64,000 nucleotides of DNA, from assembly GCA_964188305.1 (NCBI GenBank), contig OZ076888.1; one strand, given 5' to 3'. A program made the translations under genes and the position numbers. This document shows positions 1-11,433 of this stretch, in pieces; the first letter of the stretch is position 1; each line of letters starts with the position of its first letter. The notes beneath the pieces are model-generated. The model was not told the DNA's origin, did no database searches, and saw only the letters and a list, made by a program, of their open reading frames with translations. Source of the stretch: Podarcis bocagei (taxonomy: Eukaryota).

Positions 1-1
1 A

Positions 2-49
<48 letters not shown>

Positions 50-50
50 A
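1..50. repeat. (AAAG)n microsatellite, cut by the window edge
   Basis: direct reading. Confidence 0.99.
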
Positions 51-266
51 GCTCGCTGAACACAGGGATTTATCTTCCCTGTCTGAGTGTGACCTTGAGG
101 TAGCCAAAACAATAAGTGAGCCTGCTAGAACCTTCCAGCACTTTCCAGTTTCTGCCCCCAAAGACCTTAGTCATGACAGATACGTGTACTGTTCTTCAGT
201 TGTCTGGCATTGACTCTCTTGATGCCTCTCGCAACACTGCTATTTGTTTCTCTCTATTTATTTCTT

Positions 267-529
267 GGGGACGCGGGTGGCGCTGTGGGTAAAACCTCCG
301 TGCCCAGGACTTGCCGATCGTATGGTCGGCGGTTCGAATCTCCGTGGCGGGGTGAGCTCCCGTCGTTCGGTCCCAGCTCCTGCCCACCTAGCAGTTCAAA
401 AGCACCCCTAAGTGCAAGTAGATAAACAGGTACCGCTTTATAGCGGGAAGGTAAACGGTGTTTCTGTGCGCTGCGCTGGTGCTGGCTCGCCAGAGCAGTT
501 TTGTCACGCTGGCCACGTGACCCAGAAGT
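267..529 (+). mobile_element. Sauria SINE, 3'-truncated
   Basis: gggacgcgggtggcgctgtggg tRNA-like head, ggttcgaatc B box, gtgcaagtagataaa core. Confidence 0.85.
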
Positions 530-780
530 AGCGAACCGCCATCTCAGGGAGACCACGAGCCACCCAGGGATGGGGCTTGAAAGAAGGGCGCAGCGATAGT
601 TGGCCTCAGGGTACAGCAGAATGCTAAATGGATGTTTTCTGCACTTTTTTGTGGGGGGCGTCAACATCAAATACAATTCTCGACATGCGCGTGCGAGGAG
701 ATTCACACTGATTTGTCCATCTCTCCCTTCATTTCTTTCCTCTCTGTTCTCTCCCCCCAAAATGTGCTCTTTCTGCACAG

Positions 781-855
781 ACCCTCCTGAAGAAAACCCT
801 TATTGCCCTACCTACAAATTCCCCGAACTTCCTGATATCCAGCCCCAAACCAAAG
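781..855 (+). CDS. SORBS1: SORBS1 cassette exon, 75 nt, phase 1-1: (D)PPEENPYCPTYKFPELPDIQPQTK
   Basis: ttctgcacag acceptor, AAAG|gtacc donor; resembles recalled human TPEENPYFPTYKFPELPEIQ. Confidence 0.9.
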
Positions 856-1165
856 GTACCCACGAGCTTAGCCACTTGTTCTGTGTTTGGTTTTTAACCA
901 TCCTCTTAAATCTTTCACACTAGAGCGTGCTACTTAGTTGAATGCCTGTCCTTTCAGCATGGCTGGCTCTTGAGTGGTGCTCAGTTTGCCTCCTTGTGTG
1001 ATGTGTGCGGAGGCAAAATACTTTCTAACCTTTTATTCTCTGTCTGGAGTGTGTGATGTAACACTGTTTTCGAACGAGGCCGCGAGAAGCTTAATGGGGA
1101 TAGGGAATTGGGGGAGTGACGTTTCCTCCACTGCTGTCCAACTCCCTTGCTTTTCTCCGCTGCAG

Positions 1166-1228
1166 AAGAAAATCCTTATTCTCCTACCTACCAGTTTCCT
1201 GTGTCTACTCCTAGCCCTAAATCTGAAG
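1166..1228 (+). CDS. SORBS1: SORBS1 cassette exon, 63 nt, phase 1-1: (E)ENPYSPTYQFPVSTPSPKSE
   Basis: ctccgctgcag acceptor (NAGNAG cag/aag), GAAG|gtaaat donor; resembles human EDNPYTPTYQFPASTPSPKSE. Confidence 0.9.
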
Positions 1229-1811
1229 GTAAATAGTCGTGGTTGGCCAACGTTTCCTTTTGCACAAGCGCTGCTGCTGCTTCCTCCTCCTTAACTTTCC
1301 AACCGGAGTTTTCTTCCCCTACCTTCGTTTGCTTCTTCCTAATGATCTGCTGTCAGTTAACTTTTTTGCCTTAACTGTCGGACCAGCTTTCTTGGCTTCG
1401 CCTTGCTCTCTCTGCTTTCTAACAGTCCCCGGACTAATGCAGCGGGACTTGGATCTGCTTGGTTTTTGTGTGCTCAATCCAAGGTACCGAGCCGCGCATC
1501 TGCAGTAGTTTACCTGGCACACTGAGCCCAATCCACCAAGCGCAAACGGCATTGGATGCAACAGCACTGGTCTGAGAAGAGAGCCATTCGGTTGCACATT
1601 CCCCATTCATTCCATGGGGGGCTTTGCTGAAAACGGTCCCAGTGAATTGGGCTCATGATGCCAGCTAATTGATCGCCCTAAAATAATAGCATTTAACCTA
1701 GTGTGTATTTTTTTAAAATATTGTCTTGCGTTTTTCCCTTCCCCTGACTACTTTTTAAAGATTACCTTAGACGGGGTTTCCCACACTTGGGTCTCCAGCT
1801 GTTTTTGGACT

Positions 1812-2693
1812 ATAATAATAATAATAATAATAATAATAATTTATTATTTATACCCTGCCCATCTGGCTGAGTTTCCCCAGCCACTCTGGGCGGCTCCCAA
1901 TCAAGTGTTAAAAACAGTACAGCGTTAAATATTAAAAACTTCCCTGAACAGGGCTGCCTTCAGATGTCTTTTAAAGATAGGATAGCTGCTTATTTCCTTC
2001 ACATCTGAAGGGAGGGTGTTCCACAGGGTGGGCGCCACTACCGAGAAGGCCCTCTGTCAGGTTCCCTGTAACCTCACTTCTCGCAATGAGGGAACCGCCA
2101 GAAGGCCCTCGGCGCTGGATCTCAGTGTCTGGCCTGAACGATGGGGGTGGAGACGCTCCTTCAGGTATACTGGACCGAGGCCGTTTAGGGCTTTAAAGGT
2201 CAGCACCAACACTTTGAATTGTGCTCGGAAACGTACTGGGAGCAAGTGTAGGTCTTTCAAGATCGGTGTTATATGGTCTCAGTGGCTGCTCTCAGTCACC
2301 AGTCTAGCTGCCGCATTCTGGATTAATTGCAGTTTCTGGGTCACCTTCAAAGGTAGCCCCACGTAGAGCGCATTGCAGTAGTCCAAGTGGGAGATAACTA
2401 GAGCATGCCCCACTCTGGCAAGACAGTCAGCGGGCAGGTAGGGTCTCAGCCTGTGTACCAGATGGAGCTGGTAAATAGCTGCCCTGGTCACAGAATTAAC
2501 CTGCGCCTCCATGGACATCTGTGAGTCCAGAATGACTCCCAGGCTGCGCACCTGGTCCTTCAGGGGCACAGTTACCCCATTCAGGACCAGGGAATCCCCC
2601 ACACCCGCCCGCCCCCTGTCTCCCCCAAAACAGTACTTCTGTCTTGTCAGGATTCAACCTCAATCTGTTAGCCGCCATCCATCTTCCAACCAC
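1812..2693 (-). mobile_element. L2-clade LINE 3' fragment
   Basis: minus-strand MAANRLRLNPDKTEVL, LDYCNALYVGLP, LPVRFRAQFKVLVLTFKALNGLGP; (TTA)n tail. Confidence 0.92.
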
Positions 2694-2808
2694 CTACAAC
2701 TCCCACCGACTACAACTCCCACCATCCCTAGCTAGCAGGACCAGTGTTCAGGGACGATAGGAGCTGTAGTCCAGAAAACAGCCTAAGACCCAAGTTTGGG
2801 AGACCCCG
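2694..2808. mobile_element. partial palindromic hAT MITE
   Basis: ctacaactccc...ggagctgtagtcc core shared with the full copies. Confidence 0.7.
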
Positions 2809-3799
2809 CCTTAGAACAAAAAAGACTAACAAAATCAATTGAAAGAGATGACCAGTGACATGACATTTAGTTAACACACACACAATTTATACATATTTTT
2901 TAAAAAAATTATTAATGTTCTTATGTCACATATGTATACATTATCATATTACATTACAGGGCATATTATAATATAATTTCCAACATGTATACAAAGTTTA
3001 TATACCAAATTTATGTACCTAAAGAAAGAAAAAAGAAAAAAGAAAGACATAAAGCCATTTCAAAATAATATTTGTACCAACACAACGGACTTCCTATCAA
3101 TCTCTTTGTATATTCTTTTTTTACAAATGAATGTACTCGTATTATTGTATATTTCTTTACATTTTATCTAATACATTCTTATATCAATATATACCCTTAA
3201 TCTTGTTTCTTAACTCAATTTCTCTCCAACATCAATCGAATGCAAGCATAGATAGCGAACCTTTGCTATATTTTTGAACGTATGAATTTATACATATTCA
3301 GTGTATAGCGCTGCATTTATACTGTGCGATTTTACACATATTTATACGTATCTTAGTATTTTACGTGTCATGTATGACACGTAAAAGTTCTAAATATGTA
3401 TCAATATGTATATGTATAATCATGCATTTATGCTTGACTCAAAATGTTTAGACTCATTGAAGCTCCTCTGATTCCGGCCCCCGGTTAGCTGCGTCCCCCT
3501 CCCCCATGGATTTACCTTCGCTTCTAATTAAACTTAGATATTTGTACCCGTGTAATACTTCCTACTTTGTTGGCGGTGTGGGGCTTGCAGGGGGCTGCCT
3601 TTCCATAGCCGGTGCACTCTGAGGCAACAAGCACAAGCTCTTAGATGCGCTGAATCTGGCATGCTGTCTGTAAAAGTGAACCATAGCTCAAGACTTTAGA
3701 AAAACCCTTTTGGAAACGCATGTGTTTTGCATGTATGAGTCTCCAGACTCACCCTCTGACGCCGGGGGTTAAAAAAATGATCTCTGGTGGCAGAAGAAC

Positions 3800-3861
3800 C
3801 TGTGTCAGAGATCCCAGATAACAAGATTCTGTGTCAGAGATCCCAGATAACAAGATTCTGT
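3800..3861. repeat. perfect 29-bp tandem duplication
   Basis: ctgtgtcagagatcccagataacaagatt x2 + ctgt. Confidence 0.95.
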
Positions 3862-5170
3862 TCCATCTTATGTGGGCATTTGAGGCCTTCAGACAAGATG
3901 CTGTGCATTGCAAGGAATGCCTGTGTGATAAAGTTATTTACAACATGGACTCGGAAACCACTTAGCAGCAAATGAATGTTTAGAATATTTCAGTCCCTTT
4001 GCTGTATCGGCAGTGTTGCGTCTGATGCTCCAGAGCGACCCAGGACACCAAGGTTGGAAACCGTCTGGTGTGGAATTGTTATTCTGTCAGCTACTGCGAT
4101 TACTAAATGCACCTCAGCCGTGTTGCAGGAGGAGGGACGACTTTCCTAAGCCCTTGTTGAGCACCATGTCAAACTATTTGTGGCAACGTCTTATAATGAG
4201 ATTGCTGCCGCAGGAACCTTGCTGAGTATGCCAAGCCTAGGACGACAGCCTGTGTGCTGTTGTGGCTCTGTTTTGGAGCATTGGGGGGTGAAAAAGCAGA
4301 TTTCTAGCTTGTTTTAAAGCTTGCGGGTCTGTTTTATTGTTACAGAGAATGAACGCTTTCTGCAGCAGGAGGCTGCCATCGCTTCAAGAAGGTTTTGCTC
4401 TTGCTTGACGCAAGGGAACTGGGAACTTGGGCAATGGACCCAAGTGCTTTTCTTCTGTGCCACAGTGGCAGCGTTCAAGCTGAGAAAACTGATAGCCAAC
4501 CTAAACTGTCAGGTGCCGATGACCAGAGGATGAAGTGAAGCTTTCAGCTCAGTGGGAATCTGGTGGCATGGGGAGCCAACAAGAATCCTTGTAGGCCTGT
4601 AAATAAACATCAGTGCCTGACTTCTCTCTCTGAGCAAGCTGATGTTCAGGTGTGTCGGCTGGCATGCAGATAGGCTGAGTCCATCTGCCTGTCTGACTCA
4701 AAAGGCTTCCTCTTTCCACTTTAAGGCAGTGGAAAGCTCCAGGTCAGCCTTCCCAAACAATTCTGCACCGTGAGAATTCTGCAACAGCTAAAATGCTGCC
4801 AAGGGTCCTCGGAAGTATAGAGGTGTGACCTTCCTTGAGGATGATTGGATCTTCATACAAACATAGTGGAAACTGGTCAGTCAAATGGGAAGGCCTCAGA
4901 ACTGTTGGCAGGTAATGGGCAGGAGGTAATGGACAGTCTTTCTAGGGATGAATGGAATATCAGCACCCATTTCCCAACCCAGAGTTTATTTATTTTATTC
5001 CATTTTGCTAATCAGTGCTGCTATGGTGTTGGGAATGAGGATATTTTCGGCAGTCCCTATGAAAAATAGAATTCCTATATATCTAGATTGATGGGCATTC
5101 TTTCACAAATGCTGTTACTCAGAAGAAGAAGAAGAAAGACATATGTACTTATATGTAATTTGGAACACGA

Positions 5171-5405
5171 GGAGGGCCTTCTTAGTAGTGGAGGGCCTTC
5201 TTAGTAGTGGCACCCACTCTGTGGAACGCCCTCCCATCAGATGTCAAGGAAATAAACAACTAACTGACTTTCAGAAGGCATCTGAAGGCAAGTTTTAAAT
5301 GTTTGATGTTTTGTTGTGTTTTTAATATTCTGTTGGGAACCGCCCAGAGTGGCTGGGGAAACCCAGCCAGGTGGGCGGTATATAAATAAAATAACATCAT
5401 CATCA
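5171..5405 (+). mobile_element. L2 3' end with a 19-bp duplication at its 5' junction
   Basis: reverse complement of the 3' end of the 1812 copy; ggagggccttcttagtagt x2. Confidence 0.85.
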
Positions 5406-5959
5406 TCCAGTCATTCTAGTAGTCAAGCATGGAAGGAGAAGGAGCTCTCACAGCCACATGCACAAAGGTAAACATGGGAACACGTGTGTATTTATGTATA
5501 TCGTAAAATTTATATACCGCTGGCTTATAGAACAAACCTCAAAGTGGTTTACGAAAAAGTTAAAACAATAAAATTATCACTGAAAAAGATATTCCCCTAG
5601 TTTAAAACATCCAGAAAGTTTAAAACCAGAATAGAACAGACAAAACAAATCAAAGCTCATGCAAACCTTCTAAACTACTGTGTGGGGTCGTTTAGGCAAA
5701 GAGGTTTTCAGCTGGTGCTGAAAGGAATACCTGCGGTATTTCAAACACCTGCCTTTTCCATGGTTAGAGAGGAACCTTGCAGACCTCTCTCTCTTCCCTC
5801 TCTCATTTTCTCCTGCTGCCGTTCCCCACAGGGATGAGAACACTGGAAACGATACCTGCATTTGTCCTTGGAATCCTGTAAGGACAGAAGGCGAAACTTT
5901 TTTAAGTCATAGGTGCATAATGAATTACCTGTGGTGATTGTAAATCGTTTGTTTTCCAG

Positions 5960-6007
5960 ATGAAGATTCCGATTCCTATGTGCCTCAGTACTCCTTTTAC
6001 AAAGACA
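5960..6007 (+). CDS. SORBS1: SORBS1 exon, 48 nt: (D)EDSDSYVPQYSFYKD
   Basis: gttttccag acceptor, gtaagt donor; resembles human DDDSDLYSPRYSFSED. Confidence 0.9.
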
Positions 6008-6154
6008 GTAAGTACCTGGATGTTTCAAAGTCTGAGGTGAACTCATGTAAACGCTAAAGATTTGAATGGTATGAAAGAGAACGTGTTGGTGGGCTCTTTG
6101 TTGAATCCCATTATCGTGGTGCTTCTAGAACGCAAAACCTTTAACATATTAGAA

Positions 6155-7534
6155 CACGGGTGTCAAACACAAGGCCCGCGGGCCGAATCCGGCCCGCCAG
6201 ACCTCGTCATGTGGCCCGTGGCATCAAGGGCGAGGAAGCGAGCTTCTCGTCCTTTTTACTGGTCCCAACCCAGATTTTAGGGTCCACACTCCGGCGGAGG
6301 CTCTCTGCCTTTCTAAAAAGTGACCCACGTGAACAGCCTTCCCTGCCTGCTTGCAGATAGGGCTCCAACCAACGCGCCCCAACGGCGCCGCCTACTGGCC
6401 GGTCCCGCAACTTTCGCCTCCTCGCGGGCCAGGCAAAGAGGCTTTCTGCTCGCTCGGTCCAGTCCGGGGCTTGCTGCGGAAGAGGCGGTCCCGCGAAGCT
6501 GAGCTCCAAGCCGGCTGCCTCCGCCCCTCGGAGCCTCCCAGGCGCGGCTGCTCGAGGGGGCGGGTCGTGCGCGCGGCAACTTTAGGAGCCCAAGAGAGCC
6601 GCGGAGGCTGGCAGCGAGGGCAGGGAGCGAGAGCCACGCTTGGGACACCACTCACTCGCTCGCTCGGGCCGCAAATAGAGGCCACTGCGGCGCTGCAGCT
6701 GGCGAGGAGATGGCCGGGGGCACTGGCGGCGGGGCCAGGGGCTGGCTGGGGGTGGCTCTGGTGGGTAAATAGCGGGGCCGGCAGGCGGGGAAGGGAACGG
6801 CAGAGGCGGGTGGAGAGCGGGGACCAGGCGCAGATCCTGCAGCAGGCAGCACGCCCTGGCTGGGCTGGGAGAGGCGAGGCTGCTGCCGGTTCAGCTGCGC
6901 AGAGTGGGGTGGAGAGAGGCGGGCGGGCGGTGTGCCACACCGCAAAGCAGGGGCGCCTCCCACCCTGAAGAGGACTGCGCCGGCATCTGGGCGGCTGGAG
7001 CAAAGTGGGAGCCTGCCAGCAACTTGGCTGCGGGAGCCTGGCTACGAAACACCGCCCCCCTCCCCACGCCAACACATCGGCTTTCTCCGGGCCGGAGGAC
7101 TTGGCGGATAGCCCCCTCCCCGGGAGCACAGCGCCCGCAATGCCGCTGGGGCTCCCTTGCAGGGAAGAAACTGCTGCTGTCCAAACTGCAGCTCCGTATC
7201 CTCTGACTCCTGAGTGCGGCGGCAGGGCTGGGGGAGGCAACATTTGCTTCTGCTCTGCTCTGTTGGGACAGGCTCCTGTCTCCTCCCCATTGGAGCTCCA
7301 GTCTGCCTGGAAGCCCATCTCGTCATCTTTTAAAAAAATCATTATTATTTCTTCTTCTATTCTTATTTAAAATCGTACTGGAATAGGTATATTAAATAGT
7401 GTATAGGTTCAAGACAACACACACCAGTGCCTATGGAAAAATAACTTTGAAAAAGTCCTACAGATACAACCGGCCCTTTGAGGGTGACCAAAAAGCTGAT
7501 GCGGCCCCCGATGAATTTGAGTTTGACACCCCTG
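6155..7534. mobile_element. non-autonomous hAT (Charlie-like) transposon, 1380 bp, GC/CpG-rich interior
   Basis: TIRs cacgggtgtcaaac / gtttgacacccctg; perfect 8-bp TSD tattagaa (6147-6154, 7535-7542). Confidence 0.92.
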
Positions 7535-7614
7535 TATTAGAACATTGAGATCTCGTTGTTTCCCCTTCAGACGTAACCATGCTGTGTGTGTTTTTTTTAA
7601 TGCTCCCTTTTCAG

Positions 7615-7744
7615 CAAGAGCACAGACTTCAGTACCCCGTTCCAAGAGCGAGAATGACACTATCGACATGGAGAAAGTGGTCAAGAGATCTGCCACTCTG
7701 CCCCTGCCAGCTCGTACCTCTTCTCTTAAACCGAGCACTGAAAG
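7615..7744 (+). CDS. SORBS1: SORBS1 exon, 130 nt: (T)RAQTSVPRSKSENDTIDMEKVVKRSATLPLPARTSSLKPSTER
   Basis: cccttttcag acceptor, gtaact donor; conserved SVPRSKSE and EKVVKRSATLPLPAR. Confidence 0.95.
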
Positions 7745-8136
7745 GTAACTTGGTTTCTCCTCACCAGGAGCGCTTTAACTTGCGCCACCTGTTTTGCCAC
7801 AAGCCTCTGAGTTTTCCCTCAGTTCAAACCAAGTGTGTTTGGCGCAGTGAGAAAGGAGAGGTGCTTGCATACTTTGTGTGTGCATCTGGTTCCAAACATA
7901 AGGCAGTAATTACAGTTTGGTTAATGGGCTCCAGCGCATTTTTGACAACTGGAATTATGCTTTGGCGTATCAGTATAGGAAGTCAAAGAAACTCCTCACG
8001 CCCCTAATTTGAACCACGCGGTTCTCCAAGCCTGATTTTTGCTTTTGGTTGAAGCATTTTTGTGATTAAACTAGGATTAGCCTCCCAGTGAAAATATTTC
8101 GTTTCTGTAACAACAACAAACTATATTCCGCCCCAG

Positions 8137-8251
8137 GAATGATTGGGAGCCTCCGGACAAGAAGGTGGACACAAGAAAATACCGCGCTGAACCTAAAAGC
8201 ATTTATGAATATCAGCCAGGAAGGTCCTCTGTTCTGAACAATGAAAAATTG
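8137..8251 (+). CDS. SORBS1: SORBS1 exon, 115 nt: NDWEPPDKKVDTRKYRAEPKSIYEYQPGRSSVLNNEKL
   Basis: ccccag acceptor, gtaatg donor; near-identical to recalled human sequence. Confidence 0.97.
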
Positions 8252-9154
8252 GTAATGTTAATTTTATCTTACTAATACGCTTTCCCCTCTTCCTGCACCG
8301 CTGGCATGCTTCCATGTGGCTAGGTTTTACAGTCTTGTTTTTTAAGTTTCCGTCTAAACTTATATTTAACATCTTAAAAATCCTCCGTCCTGTTCGAAAA
8401 CAGCTGGTGAATAGGCCAAGGCCCCTTCACCGTTGCAAAGTTCTTTGGAGTGTGTTGAATGTGGTTGGTTCGCTTGCCAAATACTTAATAATCCGTGTTG
8501 GACACCACAATCTGTTGGGTGGTGGGCCTGATTTTTAACGCCTTGTGTTATTGGTGCATTCAGTGTGGAATCTAAGCAACAATGAGTTTTAAATAGGAGA
8601 GTTTCCACAAGGTTTTTAAGTTAAGAGAAAGCAGGCTTTGTTTCTTCTCTTTTGCTTTTGGGTTCTTCCTGTGGCCAAGGTTTGGAACATAAGGACCCTC
8701 CAGAGTTTCAGATGGAGATGTTAGGAATCGAACCTACGACCTTCCGCATGCAGCTCCAAACCAATGAGTTTTGGTTTCATAAATTCATCTGTGCTCCTTC
8801 CCCATGCAGCAAGTATCCTGGGCAAAAGCTCCGCTTGTGGGTGAAAGCTCAGCTGACGGAAGGTCTGACGGAAGGTGTGTTTCAAAACATCTGGAGAGCA
8901 TCATTATAGGCTGCTGTAGAGTCAGTGCCATCTTGCAGAGATAATAATGGGCTAAATGGACCATAGAGTATCTGCAAAAGATTCCAGATTCAGTCCCCAG
9001 GACCTCCAAGCAGGTCTTGAGACATCCTCAGCAGTGGCCGACCTTTGGGTCTCAGATTTCTCCAGCACGCTGTGTGAGGCCAAAAATCAGCAACCCACCC
9101 ACTGCCTTCCATTCTACATCATAGGTTTTTAAACTAAAGATTCAATTCATAGAG

Positions 9155-9290
9155 CAGGCATCCCCAACCTGCAGCCCTCCAGATGTTTTGGCCTACAACT
9201 CCCATGAGCCTTAGCTAACAGGACCAGTGGTCGGGAATGATGGGAATTGTAGTCCACAACATCTAGAGGGCTGAAGGTTGAGGATGCCTG
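9155..9290. mobile_element. palindromic hAT MITE
   Basis: TIR caggcatcc/ggatgcctg; TSD tcatagag/tcatggag. Confidence 0.9.
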
Positions 9291-9318
9291 TCATGGAGTC
9301 TTTTTCACAGTTCGTTTA

Positions 9319-9525
9319 CAGTGGTCTCCAAACTTTTTTCAAAGAGGGCCAGATCTGATGAAGTAAGGGGCCGTGAGGGCCAACCAAAGTTATTGACCTT
9401 TTTTAGGATTGAAGTTGTTGAGGTTTTTTTAGGATTTTACCCCAGGAAATAAACTGCTATGGGGGCCAGATTAAACTGACCAATGGGCAGGATTAGGCCC
9501 CCAAAACGGACTTTGGGCATGCCTG
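9319..9525. mobile_element. hAT (MER30-like) MITE, degenerate
   Basis: cagtggtctccaaac...ctttgggcatgcctg ends, gggcc repeats. Confidence 0.6.
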
Positions 9526-11060
9526 GTTGTAGTGAGAGACACTTTTGTCATAGACATCCTACAGTTTGAGGGGAAAGAGAGGGAAGGCGTGTTGTTTTTT
9601 CGTTCTGTTGCATAGTGCTAGTGTAGGGGGTTGTGTCAGCATAACACAGGACTTTTGCACCTCACAGACATTGCGAGTGGTTAGGGGGTCCAGAGTTGTG
9701 TTGGTTGTGTTCAGTTGATTGCAGCATGACTTGTTTGTGTGTGGGTTGTGGTGCCGCCAAAGTTCCACTCTCCTAAACCCACCACTGTCCTCTGTCTGAG
9801 GCACTGGAGAGAAACTCCCGGTCAGTGTAGACAATTCTGAGTTCGATGGCCCAAGGGTCTGAGTCCGTAAAAGACGGCTTCCTATTTCCCTGTGATCTGC
9901 ACAAGGCAGCATTTTATGTTTGTACAGAGCTTTGCGAAGTTTCGAAGCTGTTTCTCATTAGGCAGAAGGAAGTCTGTGTTAAAAATACGACAATTGGCTC
10001 AGTTCAAATGATCGTGGTTTAGGAGGATTGTGAACAAGCCACAGACTTTCCTCTCTCGTGTGTAGCCCCCCTTTTGATTTTTTCCGTTCTTTGCTATGAT
10101 GTCCAAGCTGACAAACTAGCTCTGCGCAAGCACACACATGGAACATCTTATGCCTGCAAGGAACATCATTCAGAATGTAGAGCTAGAGCTTTTGCTGTCT
10201 TTTGTTTTTGGTAGCAGCCTACTCCCCTTCAGGTCTAGTGTTAATGTTTTAAATGGCTGACCCCATGTCTTCTTGCTCAGTTCTCTATTGACTACCACAG
10301 TGGTGTATACCATCACAAGGGATGGTCACTTGGGGTGTGTTTTTTCAGCTAAGGGAGCTAGGCCTGTTCAATTTATTGGGCTCAGCGTGTCCCTTCTTCC
10401 CAGTGCTGTAGCATGGGTTGCTGGTGCCCGGGACTGCATGGAGGGATGGAGGTGAGGGAAACAGACAGAGGACGCCTGTGCATTCAGCTGCCTAACGGCG
10501 TCCACCTCACCCAGGAAATTGCAGCTGCAGAGATAAGAAAAGAAGAGTTGTTTTGTTATCTGCAGAGGTCACTTCCTGGTTCGCATGGAGAAGCTGTTTC
10601 CAACGGAGCCCAGCGATGGAAGTGTGCAGCTGTATTGAGGCAGCACCGGGTGTTGAAATTTTGCACCCAGGGAAACTGCCTTTGGGGCCCGACCCCAGGC
10701 TACACCACTGATTCTTTCCCCCCGCCCTTTCCCCCATTTTTGGCCAGTCCTCTTCTGTCCATTTTGTCACGGCTAAAATGGCCGCTGTTTCTTTAATGCT
10801 TAAAAAGCTGGGTCAGCATGAGTCAGCGGCCTTCACCGGGTTGTATATATAGAGTGAGAAATGTAGGGTTGGTTGGTGAAAGCTGGTAGTGTTGTGTGTC
10901 AGTCGCTTTTGCACTTTTAAGAATAAAAGCAGAAAGCACTCTGCAAGGATATTCTTGTGGACTCTTTTATGCCGACAAGGGTCTGAGGGCCAGGCTGAGG
11001 AGACAAAGGGAAGTCAGAACCCTTTCCTTTGTTGTTGTTGTTTTTTACAAACACTGACAG

Positions 11061-11433
11061 GTTATGGGCCCAGTGTTTCTGAGCATGTGCAGAGTGCAAA
11101 ACGACTGACAGCATCTCAGCAGGGAGCTGATGAGTCCTGGTGGTGTCAGTGGCTGTGCGTTGGAGCAGTTGGTGGCAAGCTGTAACTGTCTGCAGCGACG
11201 CTGGAGTGGCTAGGATCTGAGGATCAGGAAAGCACTCAGCGTCGGCTACTGGAACAGTTTGAACTGCTAGAAGACCACAGTAGGCAACTCACAGAGCAGC
11301 TAAACCAGTTGTTACGAACACTGACACATTTTGTGTTTTAATTTTCATAGTGGGTGGGGTTTTTTTCTTGTACCTGTGGCCACACACTTGTGATGCATAG
11401 CCTTCAGGGAGTCCATTCTGCCATTAAAATAAA
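11061..11433 (+). pseudogene. candidate decayed terminal exon encoding a two-helix coiled coil resembling the dystrophin-family C-terminus
   Basis: acceptor at 11060; ALEQLVASCNCLQR / frameshift / LEWLGSEDQESTQRRLLEQFELLEDHSRQLTEQLNQLLRTLTHFVF*; ATTAAA/AATAAA at 11423-11433. Confidence 0.4.

Noticed and set aside
254-778. 174-aa minus-strand ORF
   Set aside because: Runs through a SINE and an intronic pyrimidine tract; no protein-like signal.
6160-7370. Many overlapping long ORFs (up to 316 aa) on both strands
   Set aside because: Expected from stop-poor GC-rich DNA inside a hAT element; low-complexity translations with no transposase motifs.
9920-9965. Possible hammerhead remnant (minus-strand ctaatga...gaaa)
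   Set aside because: Core mutated and no consistent stems.
11201-11341. Alternative match of the relic to the Shroom ASD2 C-terminus (LED......EQL..LL..L)
   Set aside because: Weaker than the dystrophin-family match (lacks LEDH.+QL and the helix-1 fit). It does show the motif may be a generic coiled coil.
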